From NCBI GenBank assembly GCA_964543035.1, contig CAZIVL010000001.1:367736-431735 (forward strand): a DNA stretch of 64,000 nucleotides, given 5' to 3'. Position numbers and translations under genes: made by a program. Source of the DNA: an uncultured Gammaproteobacteria bacterium (GTDB lineage: Bacteria; Patescibacteriota; Microgenomatia; CAZETR01; Amesbacteraceae). A model generated the notes under the pieces. The model was given only the letters and a program-made list of their open reading frames with translations. It did no database searches and was not told the DNA's origin. Shown here one piece after another: positions 62,125 to 64,000 of the stretch; position 1 is the stretch's first letter; every line of letters begins with the position of its first letter.

Positions 62125-64000
62125 ATGCCAGATTATATAAAGATTAGAGGAGCCAGGGAGCACAATCTCAAGGGAGTTGACCTCGATATCCCCAAGAACA
62201 AATTGGTAGTTTTCACCGGCCTTTCTGGGTCTGGCAAATCCAGCATGGCCTTTGACACCATCTACGCCGAAGGTCAGAGGCGTTACGTGGAGTCCCTATC
62301 TTCCTACGCTCGTCAATTTTTGGGGGTTATGGACAAGCCCGATGTGGATCAGATCGAAGGATTGTCTCCTGCTATCTCCATCGATCAAAAGTCTGTCTCT
62401 CACAATCCCAGATCGACTGTGGGTACTGTCACCGAGATCTATGACTACATGCGCTTACTCTTTGCCCGTATTGGTCATCCCCATTGTCCTATCTGTGGTC
62501 GTGAGATCTCCCAGCAGTCCGCCCAGCAGATAGTAGACAAGATTGTGGCAGTCGCCAAAGATGAGATCAAGCTGACCAAGTCAGTTCGCTTTCTTCTTTT
62601 GTCGCCCATCATCAGAGATCGCAAGGGTGAGTTCAGAGACCTCTTTGGGTCACTACGCCAAAAAGGCTTCACCCAAGTCAGAATCGACGGCAAGATCATA
62701 GATCTGACCGAAGATATATTGCTACTCAAAAATAACAAACACACGATCGAAGTAGTAGTCGACAGGTTGGTCATCGACAAAAATCTACTGACAACTGACA
62801 ACTCACAACTGCGAACTCGATTATTTGACTCCATCGAGCACGCCCTCAAGCTCTCCGAAGGCATAGTGATCCTTTCCAAAGTGACGGACAAGTCATTTGA
62901 TATGCCAGCCAGGCCTACCCAGATGGAGGATCAGCTTTTTTCTCAGCGTTTTGCCTGTCCAGTGGACAATATTTCCCTGCCTGAGATTGAGCCTCGGTTA
63001 TTTTCTTTCAACTCGCCTCATGGCGCTTGTCCCACCTGTACAGGACTGGGGACTCTTCTCAAGATCGATGACAAGTTGATCCTCAATCCCAATCTGACTA
63101 TCTCCGAAGGCGGCATCCTCCCATATGCCAATACATTTACTTACGACTCATGGTTTGCCCAAAAAGTCGGCAAGTTCATAGATTTGCGAAAGCCCATTAA
63201 AGATTTGCCCAAAGAGGATCTCAAAGATCTTTTGTATGGCAATGAGTATTTTGAGGGCGTGATCCCAAATCTGGAGCGTCGGTACCGCCAGACCGAGTCA
63301 GAATATATAAGAACCGAGATCGAAAAATATATGCGCAAAGAAGTTTGTCCCACGTGTTCTGGTCAGCGCCTCAAGCCCGAAGCCTTGGGTATTACGATCA
63401 ATGATCTGTCCATAGTCGATGTCACTACCAAATCGATTTTGGGAGCTCTCACTTTTGCCCGGGATCTTGATGGTCTCATAGGTTCCGAAAGTATCATCGG
63501 CAAACCCATTCTCAAGGAGATCAAAGAGCGCTTGGGCTTTTTGGTCTCAGTGGGCCTCGACTATCTCACCCTCGATCGCACCGCCACGACTCTGGCCGGA
63601 GGCGAGTCCCAGCGTATTCGTCTGGCCTCTCAGATTGGTTCCGGCCTATCAGGAGTCCTCTATGTCTTGGACGAGCCGTCAATAGGCCTTCACCAGCGCG
63701 ACAATCAGCGTCTGATCGACACCCTGCATCATCTGCGTGACTTGGGCAACTCAGTGGTTGTAGTCGAGCACGACTCCGAGATGATGCTTCAGTCCGATTA
63801 TCTGGTCGATTTTGGTCCCAAAGCCGGTGAGCACGGTGGCAAGATCGTTGCCGAAGGCACGCCCGCTGAAGTTGTGGCCAATCCCAAATCTTTGACAGGT
63901 CAATATCTCTCCGGCAAAAAATCTATCCATGTCACATCTCCAACTGAGAAACTGAATAACTGGGATACTGCAAAACTATTGATAAAAGGCGTCACCGAGC
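62125..64000 (+). CDS. uvrA: excinuclease ABC subunit A (3' end cut by window edge)
   Basis: 'MPDYIKIRGAREHNLKGVDLDIPKNKLVVFTGLSGSGKSS' N-terminus, zinc-finger 'CPTCSGQRL' and ABC signature 'LSGGESQR'; the frame stays open to base 64000. Confidence 0.85.
   Translation, partial: MPDYIKIRGAREHNLKGVDLDIPKNKLVVFTGLSGSGKSSMAFDTIYAEGQRRYVESLSSYARQFLGVMDKPDVDQIEGLSPAISIDQKSVSHNPRSTVGTVTEIYDYMRLLFARIGHPHCPICGREISQQSAQQIVDKIVAVAKDEIKLTKSVRFLLLSPIIRDRKGEFRDLFGSLRQKGFTQVRIDGKIIDLTEDILLLKNNKHTIEVVVDRLVIDKNLLTTDNSQLRTRLFDSIEHALKLSEGIVILSKVTDKSFDMPARPTQMEDQLFSQRFACPVDNISLPEIEPRLFSFNSPHGACPTCTGLGTLLKIDDKLILNPNLTISEGGILPYANTFTYDSWFAQKVGKFIDLRKPIKDLPKEDLKDLLYGNEYFEGVIPNLERRYRQTESEYIRTEIEKYMRKEVCPTCSGQRLKPEALGITINDLSIVDVTTKSILGALTFARDLDGLIGSESIIGKPILKEIKERLGFLVSVGLDYLTLDRTATTLAGGESQRIRLASQIGSGLSGVLYVLDEPSIGLHQRDNQRLIDTLHHLRDLGNSVVVVEHDSEMMLQSDYLVDFGPKAGEHGGKIVAEGTPAEVVANPKSLTGQYLSGKKSIHVTSPTEKLNNWDTAKLLIKGVTE
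62784..62818. repeat. 7-bp-period tandem array, ACAACNN family (TCTACTG ACAACTG ACAACTC ACAACTG CGAACTC), in frame in uvrA
   Basis: Encodes 'LLTTDNSQLRTRL'. Confidence 0.7.

Noticed and set aside
61744-62163. 139-aa minus-strand ORF
   Set aside because: It overlaps the duplicated uvrB fragment and the uvrA start region and has an unusual Trp/Arg/Cys-rich composition. It is likely non-coding.
62252-63353. ORFs 62252..62533(+), 62475..62891(-), 62897..63079(+), 63141..63353(-)
   Set aside because: They lie in alternative frames inside uvrA. The uvrA frame is open from 62125 to the window end and was missed by the track only because it lacks a stop within the window.
1-64000. CRISPR arrays, rRNA genes, transposases, integrases
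   Set aside because: I found no direct repeats with spacer structure, no rRNA-like conserved blocks and no DDE, tyrosine or serine recombinase motifs in any frame. The only att-like signals are the tRNA 3'-end duplications and the uvrB-end repeat.

Overview
This 64 kb window is a gene-dense, low-GC (about 45%) bacterial chromosome segment read with the standard genetic code; TGA is used as a stop codon. It holds about 75 CDS on both strands and four tRNAs (Thr-CGU, Asp-GUC, Lys-UUU, Glu-UUC). I found no rRNA, CRISPR array, transposase or integrase. Gene content suggests a small-genome Patescibacteria/CPR-like organism, but that is inference only: a LemA-HtpX pair, a minimal PolX, many small secreted or membrane hypothetical proteins, a glycosyltransferase-rich envelope cluster, and compact housekeeping operons. 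Recognisable genes are clpB, gatC/gatA/gatB (gatB separated from gatA by an MFS transporter gene), dnaE, rplS, ruvC, nrdR, dcd, a PMM/PGM-PGI fusion, ppsA, eno, gpmI, rsmI, lexA, uvrB, uvrA (3' end cut by the window), htpX, a P-type ATPase, an ABC exporter, and a DnaQ-exonuclease/GIY-YIG fusion. The most unusual signals, all seen directly in the sequence, are as follows. (1) Two families of 7-bp-period tandem arrays (ACAACNN and ATACNNN, 4-6 units) sit inside at least twelve coding regions without breaking the reading frame; different genes read them in different codon phases. (2) A five-member hairpin repeat family (GTC-ATCCT-loop-AGGAT-CC) shows compensatory stem changes; it overlaps the stop codons of polX and ppsA, lies between lexA and uvrB, and is read through in frame in one CDS. 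(3) Degenerate tandem partial copies lie next to tRNA-Lys and tRNA-Glu. (4) A roughly 1.2 kb segment between uvrB and uvrA is bounded by a roughly 44 bp direct repeat of the uvrB 3' end. (5) A DUF559 gene remnant followed by a perfect 10-bp hairpin lies between eno and gpmI.
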